Notes: generated by a model not told the origin, from the letters alone. Shown: positions 19,881 through 30,945, numbered from the stretch's first letter. The stretch is DNA of 64,000 nt from Candidatus Poribacteria bacterium (GCA_964291315.2 OZ219753.1:1536001-1600000), one strand, 5' to 3'. Numbers and translations: made by a program.

Positions 19881-20399
19881 TTACCACTGCTCTGCTAGTT
19901 GATTGTAAAGGTCTTCCACGAGCTCATCTAAAATAAGGTTTTTGGCTTGTTCCGGGGTTTCCCTTGGTTCTGACCGGTTTGGTACGATATAGAAATCATG
20001 GACCTGGATATAGTTGTCGGTTTCGGCGATCGTATTATTACGTACGCGGTCTAAGAATTCATACTCGATCTGCAAACTCATACGCAACATTTCGACTTCC
20101 CCTTGTGGGCCGAAGCCCTGCTCTATTAAATTGTAGTCCTGTATCCGGATTGTAAATTCGGAATCGTTCCCGTCTCGCCATTTCCGGTTGAAACGTTGAG
20201 TTAGTTTCTCATGAATGATTTCATCATACGGACGCTGAGAGGTCGTATCGTAGGCAAAATCAGCGTCCAAGATTTCAACTGGCGAGATACGGATGGTTTT
20301 GATATGTTCCAAGTATTCAGATTTGGAAACGTAACCGCATCCAGCAATCAGTAGGTTCAAGCATATCGGTAGTACTAAGGTCAACAAGGTTCTACGCAT
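19881..20399 (-). CDS. LptE-like lipoprotein
   Basis: Lipobox IAGC followed by GY, HIKTIRI, and a terminal W; size fits LptE-family proteins. Confidence 0.55.
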   Translation of the reverse strand: MRRTLLTLVLPICLNLLIAGCGYVSKSEYLEHIKTIRISPVEILDADFAYDTTSQRPYDEIIHEKLTQRFNRKWRDGNDSEFTIRIQDYNLIEQGFGPQGEVEMLRMSLQIEYEFLDRVRNNTIAETDNYIQVHDFYIVPNRSEPRETPEQAKNLILDELVEDLYNQLAEQW

Positions 20400-20481
20400 C
20401 TTTTTCCCCCTATTTCGCCCTTGCCGAAGAATATAATCCGATTCGTGCGTTGTTCTTGTTCCGTATTTTATATATTTGGGT

Positions 20482-20742
20482 TTAAAATATTAAACCGTCT
20501 GACAGTACTGGAGATTGGAAGTTCGCTGGTGCTGCCTTTGGACGCGGTACTTTCTGCTGCCTGCCATAAAACATAGATTTAGCGGTATCAACAATGTATC
20601 GTTTATAAGTAGGCGATAGTAAAACAACAAAGACAAGGACAAGCAGAATGAGAACAACGGCTAAAAAGTAGGTTACCCACTTCTGGTCGAGCAAATTTGG
20701 TTTATCCAGCGTGTATTTAGCAGTATTGCGTCTTGCTTTCAT
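20482..20742 (-). CDS. Small single-transmembrane hypothetical protein
   Basis: AAGGAG RBS; one strongly hydrophobic helix. Confidence 0.65.
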   Translation of the reverse strand: MKARRNTAKYTLDKPNLLDQKWVTYFLAVVLILLVLVFVVLLSPTYKRYIVDTAKSMFYGRQQKVPRPKAAPANFQSPVLSDGLIF

Positions 20743-20895
20743 TGTTTCGACTCCTTATTCATTGATATGTTACTTCACGATAGATCACTTATGTGATTAT
20801 TTTAGCGGATAAAATTGGAACTCTGTATTCGAATTATAGCAAAAAAAAGAATGATATGCAAAACTTAATTGTTTTTGTTTTCAGAGTTTGTGACA

Positions 20896-20932
20896 TAAAA
20901 ATAGGGCGAAGGAATGAATCCTCCGCCCTATT
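20896..20932 (-). terminator. Rho-independent terminator after pnp
   Basis: ATAGGGCG...CGCCCTAT inverted repeat followed by a U-tract on the minus strand. Confidence 0.8.
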
Positions 20933-20982
20933 CTGATCCTTAAGAAGCTACAGATTTTGGGTCCTGGCACAGCGCTTTCCGG

Positions 20983-23310
20983 CTATCGAGAGCGTCCTTT
21001 AGGGATACGTGGCGAGCGCCGGTTGCGAAAATCCCGCACATTGTCGCGTTGTTCATAACGGTTGGTGCGCCGGTCACGTGTATCGCTGCCCCGTCTTTCT
21101 CGGGAGTCACGTGTGTCTCTACTATCACGGTAACCCGAGCGGCCCATATCCCGGTTTCCCCTCGGTTCATGCCGATCAGATGAGAAATCACGATCATCGG
21201 ACGATTCAATATTCATTTCTTCAACGGGGATTCCACCTGCCGCGATCAGTGTCAAATCTACACGATCCTGTTCGTCAATTGTGAGGATACGGACAGTGAC
21301 TTCGTCACCCACCTGCATCACGTCCTCGGCGCGGCGGACATAACCGTCCCCCATTTGCGAAATATGAACGAGGCCGTCCTTGCCGGGCAAAATCTCTACG
21401 AATGCTCCAAACGGAGCCGTTCGGACTACTTTTCCGGTGTACTCTTTCCCAATTTCAGGCATTGCCGTGATCGCTAGGATTTTTTCCTCGGCTCGTTTGA
21501 GATCCTCAGCACTTGTTGCTGCAATTTCAACAGTTCCATCATCTTCAATGCTGATAGTTGTGTTGGTTTCTTCTTGGAGTCCTTGGACAGTCTTGCCTCG
21601 TGGTCCAATGAGGTCTTTAATTTTCTGTTGTGCGATCTGGATCGAGTGAATCCGCGGGGCATAAGGGGAAAGTTCTGCACGCGGTTGTGCTATAACGGCA
21701 TTCATCTGTTCAATGACTGCAAGCCGCGCTTCTTTTGCTTGATGGATTGCGCGACGCATCAATTCTGGACTGACCCCTTCAATCTTGATATCCATTTGGA
21801 CAGCAGTAACGCCTTCGCTGGTCCCCGCCACTTTAAAATCCATGTCACCCAAGAAGTCTTCCGTTCCGAGCATATCGGTGAGTATAACCTCTTGTTCGTT
21901 TTCCTTGATGAGTCCAACGCCTATTCCCGCGACAGGTCCTTTAAGGGGGACACCAGCATCCAACAACGCTAATGTCGCGCCACAGACGGTCGCCATTGAC
22001 GAGGAGGCGTTAGATTCCAAGATTTCCGATACGACCCGAATTGTATAGTGGAATTCTTCCTTAGCTGGAATAACTGGTTCGAGAGCCTTTTGTGCCAAGG
22101 CCCCGTGACCGATTTCCCGGCGTCCAGGCCCCATCATGCGTTTGACTTCACCCGTGCTGAACGGTGGGAAGTTGTAGTGGAGAAAGAACGAACGTCTCAC
22201 TTCACCATCAAGTCCGCGTTGGACATCTTCGTCGCCAGACGTGCCGAGAGTCGTTACACAGAGTGCCTGTGTCTGGCCCCTACTAAAGAGCGCTGATCCA
22301 TGGGTGTAGGGCAAGAGTGCAACTTCGCCCGAGATAGAACGAATATCCGTTACGCCGCGCCCGTCAACCCGTTTGCCTTCGGTCAGAATGGCTTGGCGCA
22401 TCTCCTCTTTTTCGATTTCGTTTAAGATGGAAACAGTGTCCTTTGCTGCGTTCAGGTCGGTTTCCTCAGGTATATCTTCAAGGATTTCTGACAAAACCTC
22501 TTCTTGGACCTGTTCAAGATAGTCTTCACGCAATTTTTTGTCTGCCATTCCGATAGATTCTCGGATCCGAGATGTGGCGAGATTGCGAACGCGGTTGCTG
22601 AGGTCTACTCCAACATTTTTGGACGTATAATTGCGCTTTGGCGTACTGCAGACTGCCGCTAGTCCTTCTTGAAGTCTGATAATCTCCTTTATTTGCGCGT
22701 GAGCGGTGACAATTGTATCAATAACTTCATCTTCGGGGATTTCGTGACCGCTACCTTCAACAGACATCACGGCATCTATCTTACCGCTTACGAACAATTC
22801 CATCTCCGAAGCGTGTAATTCTTCATAGTTTGGATTGATTATTAACTCGTCTTCAATTTTCCCTACTGTGACTGCTGCAACCGGGCCGTTAAACGGGATA
22901 TCAGAAATCGATAAAGCGGCCGAGGTGCCGATGAGTGCCGGAACATCCGCCGGATGAATACCGTCCGATGAAAACACGTTGCATAAAATTTGTACTTCTG
23001 CCTTAAAGTCCTTGGGAAAGAGAGGACGGATACAGTGATCAATTAAACGAGCAATAAGTTGTTCGGATGTTCCAGGACGTGGCTCGCGTCTACCATAAAC
23101 CGTCGGGATACGTCCTGTCGCGTATGCCCTCTCACGATAATCTACTGTTAGTGGAAAGAAATCCAAGTCGTGTTCCCTATCGTCCGCTACGACTGTAACT
23201 AAGACAATCGTTCCACCGTATTGAACCCACACCGCTCCATCTGCTTGTTTCGCGACTTTTCCGGTTTCGATCGATAACTTCTCGTTTCCCAGTTGCATTT
23301 CAACTTTCAT
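20983..23310 (-). CDS. pnp: Polyribonucleotide nucleotidyltransferase (PNPase)
   Basis: FFPLTVDY, RLIDH.IRP, HYNFPPFS, GDMDFKVAG, KH and S1 domains; ATG 23310 preceded by AGGAG. Confidence 0.97.
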   Translation of the reverse strand: MKVEMQLGNEKLSIETGKVAKQADGAVWVQYGGTIVLVTVVADDREHDLDFFPLTVDYRERAYATGRIPTVYGRREPRPGTSEQLIARLIDHCIRPLFPKDFKAEVQILCNVFSSDGIHPADVPALIGTSAALSISDIPFNGPVAAVTVGKIEDELIINPNYEELHASEMELFVSGKIDAVMSVEGSGHEIPEDEVIDTIVTAHAQIKEIIRLQEGLAAVCSTPKRNYTSKNVGVDLSNRVRNLATSRIRESIGMADKKLREDYLEQVQEEVLSEILEDIPEETDLNAAKDTVSILNEIEKEEMRQAILTEGKRVDGRGVTDIRSISGEVALLPYTHGSALFSRGQTQALCVTTLGTSGDEDVQRGLDGEVRRSFFLHYNFPPFSTGEVKRMMGPGRREIGHGALAQKALEPVIPAKEEFHYTIRVVSEILESNASSSMATVCGATLALLDAGVPLKGPVAGIGVGLIKENEQEVILTDMLGTEDFLGDMDFKVAGTSEGVTAVQMDIKIEGVSPELMRRAIHQAKEARLAVIEQMNAVIAQPRAELSPYAPRIHSIQIAQQKIKDLIGPRGKTVQGLQEETNTTISIEDDGTVEIAATSAEDLKRAEEKILAITAMPEIGKEYTGKVVRTAPFGAFVEILPGKDGLVHISQMGDGYVRRAEDVMQVGDEVTVRILTIDEQDRVDLTLIAAGGIPVEEMNIESSDDRDFSSDRHEPRGNRDMGRSGYRDSRDTRDSRERRGSDTRDRRTNRYEQRDNVRDFRNRRSPRIPKGRSR

Positions 23311-23527
23311 TCTATGTACTACTCCTGTATTTCCGATTTTTCGTGCTTCTACCAAATATAAATAATAAAAAAGCGGCTAGAGAAAAATATTGCTTAAGAT
23401 ATAGTATACCGGATTGACACGGCTAATAGTAGTCTTTAAGCGTTACAACCTACAACCCTAATCGGATTTAAACCCGGTTGTTGAGATATAAAATGCGTTT
23501 CGTAACCGCTCTGTACTAGCGCAAAAC

Positions 23528-23818
23528 CTAACTTCTTCTTGATCCGATTGTGTCACGAATTCCAAGTCCTTCAATTAAACGGTAGTAGCGCGGAACGTCT
23601 TTTTTATAAAGATACTTTAACAAACGGCGCTGTTTTCCAACAAGGCGGAAAAGCCCATAGCGAGAATGGTAATCCTTCCGATGCGTCCGAAAATGTTCGG
23701 TCAACTGTCGAATCCGAGCCGTCAAAATTGCCACCTGAGCCTCCGGAGACCCAGTATCCTGTTGATGTACCTGGTACTGTTCCAATAATTCCTTCTTCTC
23801 TGCTGCACTAATTGCCAA
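23528..23818 (-). CDS. rpsO: 30S ribosomal protein S15
   Basis: [13 protein letters not shown] and [10 protein letters not shown] motifs; TTG start with an AAGGAGGT RBS. Confidence 0.97.
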   Translation of the reverse strand: MAISAAEKKELLEQYQVHQQDTGSPEAQVAILTARIRQLTEHFRTHRKDYHSRYGLFRLVGKQRRLLKYLYKKDVPRYYRLIEGLGIRDTIGSRRS

Positions 23819-24178
23819 TTGTGCTCACCTCCTTTTGGTTGAACAACTGGTTTTAAATAACAGGCCTTGGATACCTGTTCATTGCGTCTCGTCAAAAATC
23901 ATCGGCTAAAACGGACGTTATAAAACAAAAATGCTTTGACACATATATGAATATAAAAAAAAACTAAGTTGTTTGCGATTGTTGCTCCGATATTCATCTA
24001 TTCATCTACGCATGATACATATTTGACATACTCCGCCATCGTGTAAACCTACGAGATTCCTCTGAAAGTGGATCCCCTTGCTTTTTGATGTGAATTGTGG
24101 CGTTCCGATTTCGGAAACGGCCTAGTCTGTCACAACGGACATATAAAAACCGCCGGGGATCTCTTCCTATGGAAGTTT

Positions 24179-24207
24179 ATTATACCACATTTCCCCGCAA
24201 TTGTCAA
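24179..24207 (-). promoter_or_regulatory. Consensus sigma70 promoter upstream of rpsO
   Basis: Minus strand TTGACA, 17 bp, TATAAT, with TG-n before the -10 box. Confidence 0.85.
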
Positions 24208-24349
24208 TTTTATTTATTGGACACAACTGATTAACCGCCACGACATCCCTGACAAAAAGGTATGACGATTTGTAGCTGAAGATTTGATAATACTACAAGT
24301 TGGCCTGAAATTCAAATTAAACTCTTGTGTTTAAATGGTTTAGGTACTG

Positions 24350-25330
24350 CTATTGGCGTGCAGATTCGGCAAGTATCTCTGCGGCTGTCTTGACATCGCG
24401 TCGTATCTGTTGCACAAGGGATTGAAGATTCGGGAATTTTCGTTCATTCCTAATTTTTTCTACGAAAAAGATTTCTACCAATTTACCATAGATGCTCTCA
24501 TTAAAATCAAAAAAGTAACCTTCTACTTGGAAATTTAACTCGCTAAACGTAGGGCGTGTTCCAATGTTCAAGACACCGTCTAACCATTTCCCTTCTAGTT
24601 TAGCGCGGATTGCGTAGACACCATTCGGAGGATAGATTTGGTCGTGTGTCTCTATATTTGCTGTGGGGAAACCGAGCTCCTTACCTCTTCCATCACCGTG
24701 GACAACCTTTCCGATCAACGAGTACGGACGCCCCAATAATTGTGAGCTCCACAAGAGGTCTCCGCTCGCTAAGGCTTGACGAATGCGGGTACTATGAACC
24801 GGCGAACCGTTTATCTCTGTAGGCGGGACAATCGTGACATCAAAGGGGTAATCCTCACTGATTTCTGCTAAGCGTTGTGCATTACCAGCTCGGTTTTTTC
24901 CAAATTGACAAGCATATCCCACGACAACATGTTTGGTTCGACATTTCTCCAGGAGAACACGTTCCACGAAAGCCTCTGGTGGCATTGAGGCAATCTTTTC
25001 GTCAAAACTGAGCATAACAATTTTGTTAATGCCACATTGCTGAAGTATCTCAACGCGTTTAGAAAGCGGGGTCAGAATAGGCGGGCATCGTTCCGGCGAT
25101 AAAAACGCGAGTGGATGCGGGTAGAAACCAACCAGCACGCTCATCAATTGCTCTTCTGCGGCACGATGCAACAGCGTCTTAATGACCGCTTGATGCCCTA
25201 GATGGATTCCATCAAATACACCGAAGGTAACCACGGTGTCTCTCTCAAATCCGGGGATGTCCTCTGAATTATAAATTGTTGTCGCTATGGAGGGGTTGCT
25301 TATATTGGCAACGTTTTCCACGTTTTTCAA
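24350..25330 (-). CDS. ribF: Bifunctional riboflavin kinase / FAD synthetase
   Basis: GVFDGIHLGHQ, SSTRIR-like HSTRIR, GFPTAN, NIGTRPT and IRNERKF motifs. Confidence 0.95.
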   Translation of the reverse strand: MKNVENVANISNPSIATTIYNSEDIPGFERDTVVTFGVFDGIHLGHQAVIKTLLHRAAEEQLMSVLVGFYPHPLAFLSPERCPPILTPLSKRVEILQQCGINKIVMLSFDEKIASMPPEAFVERVLLEKCRTKHVVVGYACQFGKNRAGNAQRLAEISEDYPFDVTIVPPTEINGSPVHSTRIRQALASGDLLWSSQLLGRPYSLIGKVVHGDGRGKELGFPTANIETHDQIYPPNGVYAIRAKLEGKWLDGVLNIGTRPTFSELNFQVEGYFFDFNESIYGKLVEIFFVEKIRNERKFPNLQSLVQQIRRDVKTAAEILAESARQ

Positions 25331-26358
25331 TCCTTCAGAAAGTCACCACACCTCTTGGAAGGCTGTTTCATGTACTGCTGTGTAGTGTGAACAAGAGCAG
25401 TAATCGCTGATAAATAAGGCATCATGACTCGGCAGCCTGCCGCACGTCGATGTCCACCACCTTCAAATTCTGAAGCCAGTTTGCTAACATCTACCTGGCC
25501 TTGGCTCCGTAAGCTCGCCTTAGTACTCCTATCTGGCAATTCGCACGCACACAGGGCTACTTCAACACCTGCAATTGCTTGAATCTGATTCACAGCCCCT
25601 TCTATAGCTTCAGACGTGGCCCCGGTCCTTCTGAACATCGCTTGCGTAACGTACACAGAGGCTATCTTACCGTCATTCGTGACTTGCAAGGTGCGGAGAA
25701 TTTCACTTAATAAACGAATTTTACTAACCGGTATATGTTCATAGACATGACGGTAGACTTCATCGGGCGCGAATTCACCTATCTCTATCAATTCTGCCGC
25801 AATGCGATGCGTGTCAGCTGTGGCGTTACTATAGCGAAAACAACCCGTGTCAAACATCAATCCTGTGTAGAGGCAGAGCGCGCAAGCTTTGCTTATTGCC
25901 GTCTGGTGATACTTGATCAGTGTGTATACAATTTCTGATGTAGAGGAGGCTGAGGGGTTGATGATATTAATATCTCCAAACGCTTCAGCTGTCGTGTGAT
26001 GGTCAATGTTAACCAGTATATTTATGGGTCGCAACGTTTCCGACAAGGTTTTACCGATCCGTTTCAGTGTACTTGCATCTAACACAATTAGAACTTCCGG
26101 ACGATAAGTTCCGACTGCACGAACATCCTCAATGCTATCCCACGATGGCAAAAATCTGTAGTTAACAGGGACAGTATCTGTGTTAAAAATTCTAACAGAT
26201 TTCCCTAACTGCTTTAGAAAGAGGTAGAGGCTCAGTTCCGAACCGATCGCGTCGCCATCTGGATTAATATGGGTTGAAAGGGCGAAGTTATCGTACCGCT
26301 CTAGTAGCGCGAGGAGTGTGCCATAGCTCTGCGTATCTGTTGTATGTTGGGTGCTCAT
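25327..26358 (-). CDS. nrnA: DHH/DHHA1 phosphoesterase (nanoRNase/pAp phosphatase)
   Basis: HINPDGDAIGS, IDHH, DTGCF and GGGHRRAAG motifs; typical position after rbfA. Confidence 0.88.
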   Translation of the reverse strand: MSTQHTTDTQSYGTLLALLERYDNFALSTHINPDGDAIGSELSLYLFLKQLGKSVRIFNTDTVPVNYRFLPSWDSIEDVRAVGTYRPEVLIVLDASTLKRIGKTLSETLRPINILVNIDHHTTAEAFGDINIINPSASSTSEIVYTLIKYHQTAISKACALCLYTGLMFDTGCFRYSNATADTHRIAAELIEIGEFAPDEVYRHVYEHIPVSKIRLLSEILRTLQVTNDGKIASVYVTQAMFRRTGATSEAIEGAVNQIQAIAGVEVALCACELPDRSTKASLRSQGQVDVSKLASEFEGGGHRRAAGCRVMMPYLSAITALVHTTQQYMKQPSKRCGDFLKD

Positions 26359-26738
26359 GAGGGGTCGGCTGGGTCCTTGCTAGGTGTCTCATCTTCGGAT
26401 TCAACGGATTTAAGGAGCCCGTCTATTTTAAAGAGATAGTCGGCAGATTCATCTATGGTAAACCGAAGCTCCGGTGAATAGCGGAGTGTAAGACGATTCC
26501 CGATTTCCCGTCTAAGGAACCCGGCTGCGCTTTTCAGACCGGCGAGCGTCTTATCCTTTTGGGTTTTATCGCCTATGACACTCACCTTTACATTTGCGTA
26601 TTTCAGATCTGATGAAACCTCTGCCTGGGTGATTGTACAGAGCGCTACGCGTGGATCCTTAACAGAACGTTGGATGATTTCGCTCAATTCTCGCTGGATT
26701 AGGGCACCCACCCGATCTTGTCTTCTATTGTTTACCAT
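26355..26738 (-). CDS. rbfA: Ribosome-binding factor A
   Basis: VKDPR, VSSDL, AAGFLR and LRYSPELRF..D motifs. Confidence 0.95.
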   Translation of the reverse strand: MVNNRRQDRVGALIQRELSEIIQRSVKDPRVALCTITQAEVSSDLKYANVKVSVIGDKTQKDKTLAGLKSAAGFLRREIGNRLTLRYSPELRFTIDESADYLFKIDGLLKSVESEDETPSKDPADPS

Positions 26739-26781
26739 AATCTTCCTACCTTTAAAAGCAGGTTTCCGCTTACAATTTCCA

Positions 26782-27066
26782 TTAAAAGAAAAATTCGGTT
26801 TCGTAATCTACTAACTCGGCCTCTACATTTGCCTCAATAAAAGTAATAACATGTGAAAGGAGTCCGTTCAGATGTGCTGCGTCGTTAGAAACTGATACTG
26901 CAGCTAATACTGCAGATCCGTGTGCATTTAACGCTTCTACTTCCGCAATAGCAATGTTGAACCGGTTCTTGAGTCTTGCAATCAGGCTTTTGATAACTCG
27001 ACGTTTTGCCTTTAGCGAGTGGCTCTGCGGGATTCGGATCCAGATTTTACAAACCCCGATGTGCAT
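26782..27066 (-). CDS. DUF503 (YlxP-like) protein
   Basis: HSLKAKR..IKSL...LKNRFNIAIAEV; lies between infB and rbfA. Confidence 0.88.
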   Translation of the reverse strand: MHIGVCKIWIRIPQSHSLKAKRRVIKSLIARLKNRFNIAIAEVEALNAHGSAVLAAVSVSNDAAHLNGLLSHVITFIEANVEAELVDYETEFFF

Positions 27067-27145
27067 AAAAGCCTCAGTTGCAAGCCCAGTTTTCGAACCT
27101 CGTTCTTTCTATTTCTACAAGAAGAGACGATGTTACACTGTCCAT

Positions 27146-29185
27146 CTAAGAAAGCGAGCGCGTTACCTGTTCGTGGACGTAACACTCAAGAACGTCACCA
27201 ATTTTCAAATCCTCGAAGGTTTCTATACCTATACCGCATTCATAATTCGCTTGGACTTCGTTAACATTATCTTTGAAACGTCGAAGTGAATTCACCTTTC
27301 CTTCGTGAATTAATCGGTTGTCGCGAAGGATCCGGAGCGGTTGGTTGTGCGAAATTCGCCCCCAATTGACATAGCTGCCCGCAACTAAACCAAGCCGCGG
27401 CACTTTAAACAATTCACGAACTTCCGCCCGTCCGATAACCACTTCACGGACTTCTGGATCTAATAAGCCTTCCATGGCTGAACGGATATACGAAATCAGG
27501 TTATAGATGACGTTATAGGTCCGGACATCGATTCCTTCATTTTCCTTTGCTTGCATGGCTTCTGTTGTTGGATGCACATTAAAGCCGACAACAATAGCAT
27601 CAGACGCGGAGGCAAGCAAAATATCGGTTTCGGTGATGCCCCCAACGGCTTGATGGATAATGTTGATTTTAACTTCGTCCGTGCTTAAATTGAGTAGCGA
27701 TGCGGCGACTGCTTGCACCGAGCCCTGGACATCGCCTTTAAGGACAACGTTGAGTTCCTTGATTTCACCTTCCTGGATCTGTTGGAACAAATTTTCTAAG
27801 GTAACGTGGCTGTTCGATCCAAGTTTTTCGGTTCTATGTTTGTCTCGTCGCGCTTCACTGATGGTTCGCGCATCCTTATCCGATTCCACAACATAGAATT
27901 TGTCGCCCGCTTCGGGCACCCCTGTGAAACCGAGAACTTCGACGGGACGTGAGGGGCCTACTGTTTTCAGGTGTTTCCCGTGTTCGTCTATCATTGCTCT
28001 GGTTCTGCCCGAGTATAATCCTGAAACAAAGGCATCTCCAACGCGTAGGGTTCCAGATTGCACAAGAACCGTTGCGACAGGCCCCCGTTCTTTGTCTACT
28101 TGTGCCTCAATAACAACACCGCGGGCACTTTTATCTGGGTTCGCTTTGAGTTCAAGGAGCGCAGCTTCCAAAAGAAGCATTTCCAACAAGATGTCTATGC
28201 CGGTTCCCTCCGTCGCAGAGGTCTCAACACAAATCGTCTGTCCGCCCCATTCTTCTGGAACTAGGTCCTGTTCTGCCAATTGTTGTCGGATATAATCCGG
28301 ACGTGCCCCGGGAACATCTATTTTATTAATCGCCACCACGATTGGGACTTTAGCGGCCTTCGCGTGACTGATTGCCTCGATCGTCTGCGGCATGACCCCG
28401 TCGTCAGCTGCAACAATCAAAACGACGATATCGGTCACTTGGGCACCACGTGCCCGCATAGCAGTAAAGGCAGCGTGGCCAGGTGTATCCAAAAAGACGA
28501 CACTGCCGGTTTGCAAAGCCATGTGGTAGGCCCCAATATGTTGTGTAATATTCCCCGCCTCGGATTCGCTAACGTTTGATTCACGTATAGAGTCCAAGAG
28601 AGACGTTTTGCCGTGGTCAACGTGTCCCATAATTGTGACGACTGGAGCACGCGGCTTTAAAGATTCTGGTGGATCCGGTAGGTCTGTTAATAAGTCTTCT
28701 TCCAGCGTTCGCTTTTTAATGGCCTCAAAATCTAAATGTTCGCCAAGCATCATGAGAGTCTTATAGTCGAGACGTTGATTGATATTTGCCATCACTCTTA
28801 ACTTCATGAGGCGCAGAATCAGCGCTGAAGGTTGCAAGTCCAGCGACGCGGCGAGATCCGCAACTGTTACGCCTTCTGTGATCTGTAAAACACCTGTCCC
28901 CTGGCGGCTTGAATCAGGGTCGTTTCCGGTCGGCTTCGCACCTGTAGATGTGGCTTCCTCGTTAAAGCTCGCTGCTAATTCAGGCTCAACAAGCGCAACA
29001 GTGTCTGGGTCAAGCGGGACCTTTTCGTTTTTAACCTGAATACCGTGGTTTCTTAATATAGTGATGAGTTTCTTACTTGTAAGTTTATACTCCTTTGCCA
29101 ATTTGAAAACAGGTGTGCCTGAACTTTGGCTCACTTCACGGTTCGCTTTTGTAGATTTTTGCCGCTGCCTTTCAGCTTTGCTCAT
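27146..29185 (-). CDS. infB: Translation initiation factor IF-2
   Basis: [27 protein letters not shown] and SLRRFKD motifs. Confidence 0.98.
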   Translation of the reverse strand: MSKAERQRQKSTKANREVSQSSGTPVFKLAKEYKLTSKKLITILRNHGIQVKNEKVPLDPDTVALVEPELAASFNEEATSTGAKPTGNDPDSSRQGTGVLQITEGVTVADLAASLDLQPSALILRLMKLRVMANINQRLDYKTLMMLGEHLDFEAIKKRTLEEDLLTDLPDPPESLKPRAPVVTIMGHVDHGKTSLLDSIRESNVSESEAGNITQHIGAYHMALQTGSVVFLDTPGHAAFTAMRARGAQVTDIVVLIVAADDGVMPQTIEAISHAKAAKVPIVVAINKIDVPGARPDYIRQQLAEQDLVPEEWGGQTICVETSATEGTGIDILLEMLLLEAALLELKANPDKSARGVVIEAQVDKERGPVATVLVQSGTLRVGDAFVSGLYSGRTRAMIDEHGKHLKTVGPSRPVEVLGFTGVPEAGDKFYVVESDKDARTISEARRDKHRTEKLGSNSHVTLENLFQQIQEGEIKELNVVLKGDVQGSVQAVAASLLNLSTDEVKINIIHQAVGGITETDILLASASDAIVVGFNVHPTTEAMQAKENEGIDVRTYNVIYNLISYIRSAMEGLLDPEVREVVIGRAEVRELFKVPRLGLVAGSYVNWGRISHNQPLRILRDNRLIHEGKVNSLRRFKDNVNEVQANYECGIGIETFEDLKIGDVLECYVHEQVTRSLS

Positions 29186-29496
29186 GATAGTTCCTCCTTT
29201 TGGGCATTGGACTCACGGATTTCCTTAGTATATTCAAGCAAGACTCGTTCAAACTGCGCTATAGCCTCACTTGTAAGCTGCACACGTAATAAAGAATTAA
29301 TCCGTTTTGGAGATTTAAATGCTTTCTGTATGCACGATTGTGCACAGCAGACATAAGTCCCGCGCCCCTCATATTTCCTTTCTCCATCCATTTGTAGCGT
29401 TCCGGATCCTCGGCATACAAACCGAATGAGCGTTTTCTGCAGAAATTTACCACGGCACCCAACACAAGTGCGAATAACGTTCCTCAAAAATTTCAC
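29182..29496 (-). CDS. ylxR: YlxR/DUF448 RNA-binding protein
   Basis: RTCVGC...LIRFV...GRGTYVC; lies between nusA and infB. Confidence 0.9.
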   Translation of the reverse strand: MKFLRNVIRTCVGCRGKFLQKTLIRFVCRGSGTLQMDGERKYEGRGTYVCCAQSCIQKAFKSPKRINSLLRVQLTSEAIAQFERVLLEYTKEIRESNAQKEELS

Positions 29497-29585
29497 CCAT
29501 TTTTATAAACTGGCTCCCGAGCCATCAAATTAGTGCATCCGTAGTCCTTGCCTTGGAAAGCCGAGTCAAAAAAGATCTTGGAGCC

Positions 29586-30845
29586 TTATTCAGGTTCAAA
29601 GTCAAAATTATCTTCTTTGACATAGGTTTCAGATTGATTCGGCTCGGGGCTTTCTTCAGAGTCTGTCACAGAGGCATCTTCTGCTTGTATTTCCGTTTTT
29701 TCATCACTTTCTTCGAGATTCATCTGTGTTTCCTGAGCAGCGTCCGGGCCAAGTGTATCAAATTCTTCATCAGCCGGTGCTGGTTTAAAAAGTTCATCGA
29801 TCGAAACAGTCGACTCCGATTCACTCTTTATGTCGACTTTCCAGCCTGTCAATTTTGCAGCGAGTCTGGCGTTCTGTCCCCGTTTACCAATTGCTAAGGA
29901 GAGTTGGTTATCCGGAACAATCACGCGTGCACTTTTATTGTTTTCGCTAAGTTCCACCCGCCGCACGCTGGCTGGACGTAAGGCGTTAGCGATAAAGACG
30001 CTTGGATCCTCGCTCCATTCTAGAAGGTCGATTTTCTCGTCATCAAGCTCGCTGACGATATTTTGGACCCGGCTTCCCTTAACCCCAACACATGTTCCGA
30101 CGGCATCTATGTCTTCCTCGATCGCTTTGACCGCGACTTTCGCTCTGTTTCCGGGGTCACGGGCAACTGCCATGATACGAACTTGTCCCTCATAGATTTC
30201 AGGAACTTCCTGTTCAAAAAGCATTGTGAGGAGGTCCTGATGCGTACGAGATACAATAACAGGAGCACCACGTGTTTCATTTTTCACAGATAAAATTAAA
30301 CATTGCAGACGTTTACCGGGCTCATAGCTATTCCGATCTGGCGTTTCGCAACGCGGCAAGAACGCCTCCGTCTGTCCAAGATCTAAGGTAAAGCCACCGT
30401 TTTCAGACTTTTGAATAACGTGTCCTGTGACGATTTCGCCTTCGCGATCCGCGAATTCCTGATAGATTTTTTCACGTTCTGCTTGCTTAATCTTTTGGGC
30501 AAATATTTGCATTCCCAACTGGGCAGACCGGCGCCCAAATTCACTGGGAGTAATTTCGACTTGCAACACCTGCCCGAGCTCGGCATCTGCTTGGAGTTTC
30601 CTTGCCTCCTCAATCGGGATCTCTGTCGAGAAATCTCGCAGAATGTTAACGACTTTCTTCGGGACATAGCACCTAATGTTTCCTTTGTTCTTGAGGTCAA
30701 TCTCCACAGAAATATTGGCATCCGCCCCGTAGATCCGGCGTGCAGCAGCACACAAAGAGGCTTCTATGGCTTCAATATAAACGTGCTCCGGAAGTTCTGT
30801 TTGTCCTATGTTTTGCCGGATGGCGTTTTGTAGATTTTCTAACAT
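29586..30845 (-). CDS. nusA: Transcription termination/antitermination factor NusA
   Basis: S1 and two KH domains (ARDPG.RAKVAV, CVGVKGSRV, AIGKRGQNARLA); acidic tail. Confidence 0.97.
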   Translation of the reverse strand: MLENLQNAIRQNIGQTELPEHVYIEAIEASLCAAARRIYGADANISVEIDLKNKGNIRCYVPKKVVNILRDFSTEIPIEEARKLQADAELGQVLQVEITPSEFGRRSAQLGMQIFAQKIKQAEREKIYQEFADREGEIVTGHVIQKSENGGFTLDLGQTEAFLPRCETPDRNSYEPGKRLQCLILSVKNETRGAPVIVSRTHQDLLTMLFEQEVPEIYEGQVRIMAVARDPGNRAKVAVKAIEEDIDAVGTCVGVKGSRVQNIVSELDDEKIDLLEWSEDPSVFIANALRPASVRRVELSENNKSARVIVPDNQLSLAIGKRGQNARLAAKLTGWKVDIKSESESTVSIDELFKPAPADEEFDTLGPDAAQETQMNLEESDEKTEIQAEDASVTDSEESPEPNQSETYVKEDNFDFEPE

Positions 30846-30945
30846 AAATAATATCCGCGGTGCCTTTTGCGGTCAACCCGCGTACTCCTTTCCGAATTTT
30901 TATGTGTAGGTCTGTTGAATATACCCTGATAAATTGCCGTACCGA

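Noticed and set aside
24055-24172. Glycine riboswitch resemblance (GGAAGAGA...CTTTCAG) in the rpsO leader
   Set aside because: It lacks the conserved CCGAAG element and is not upstream of glycine genes; kept only as an unclassified structured RNA candidate.
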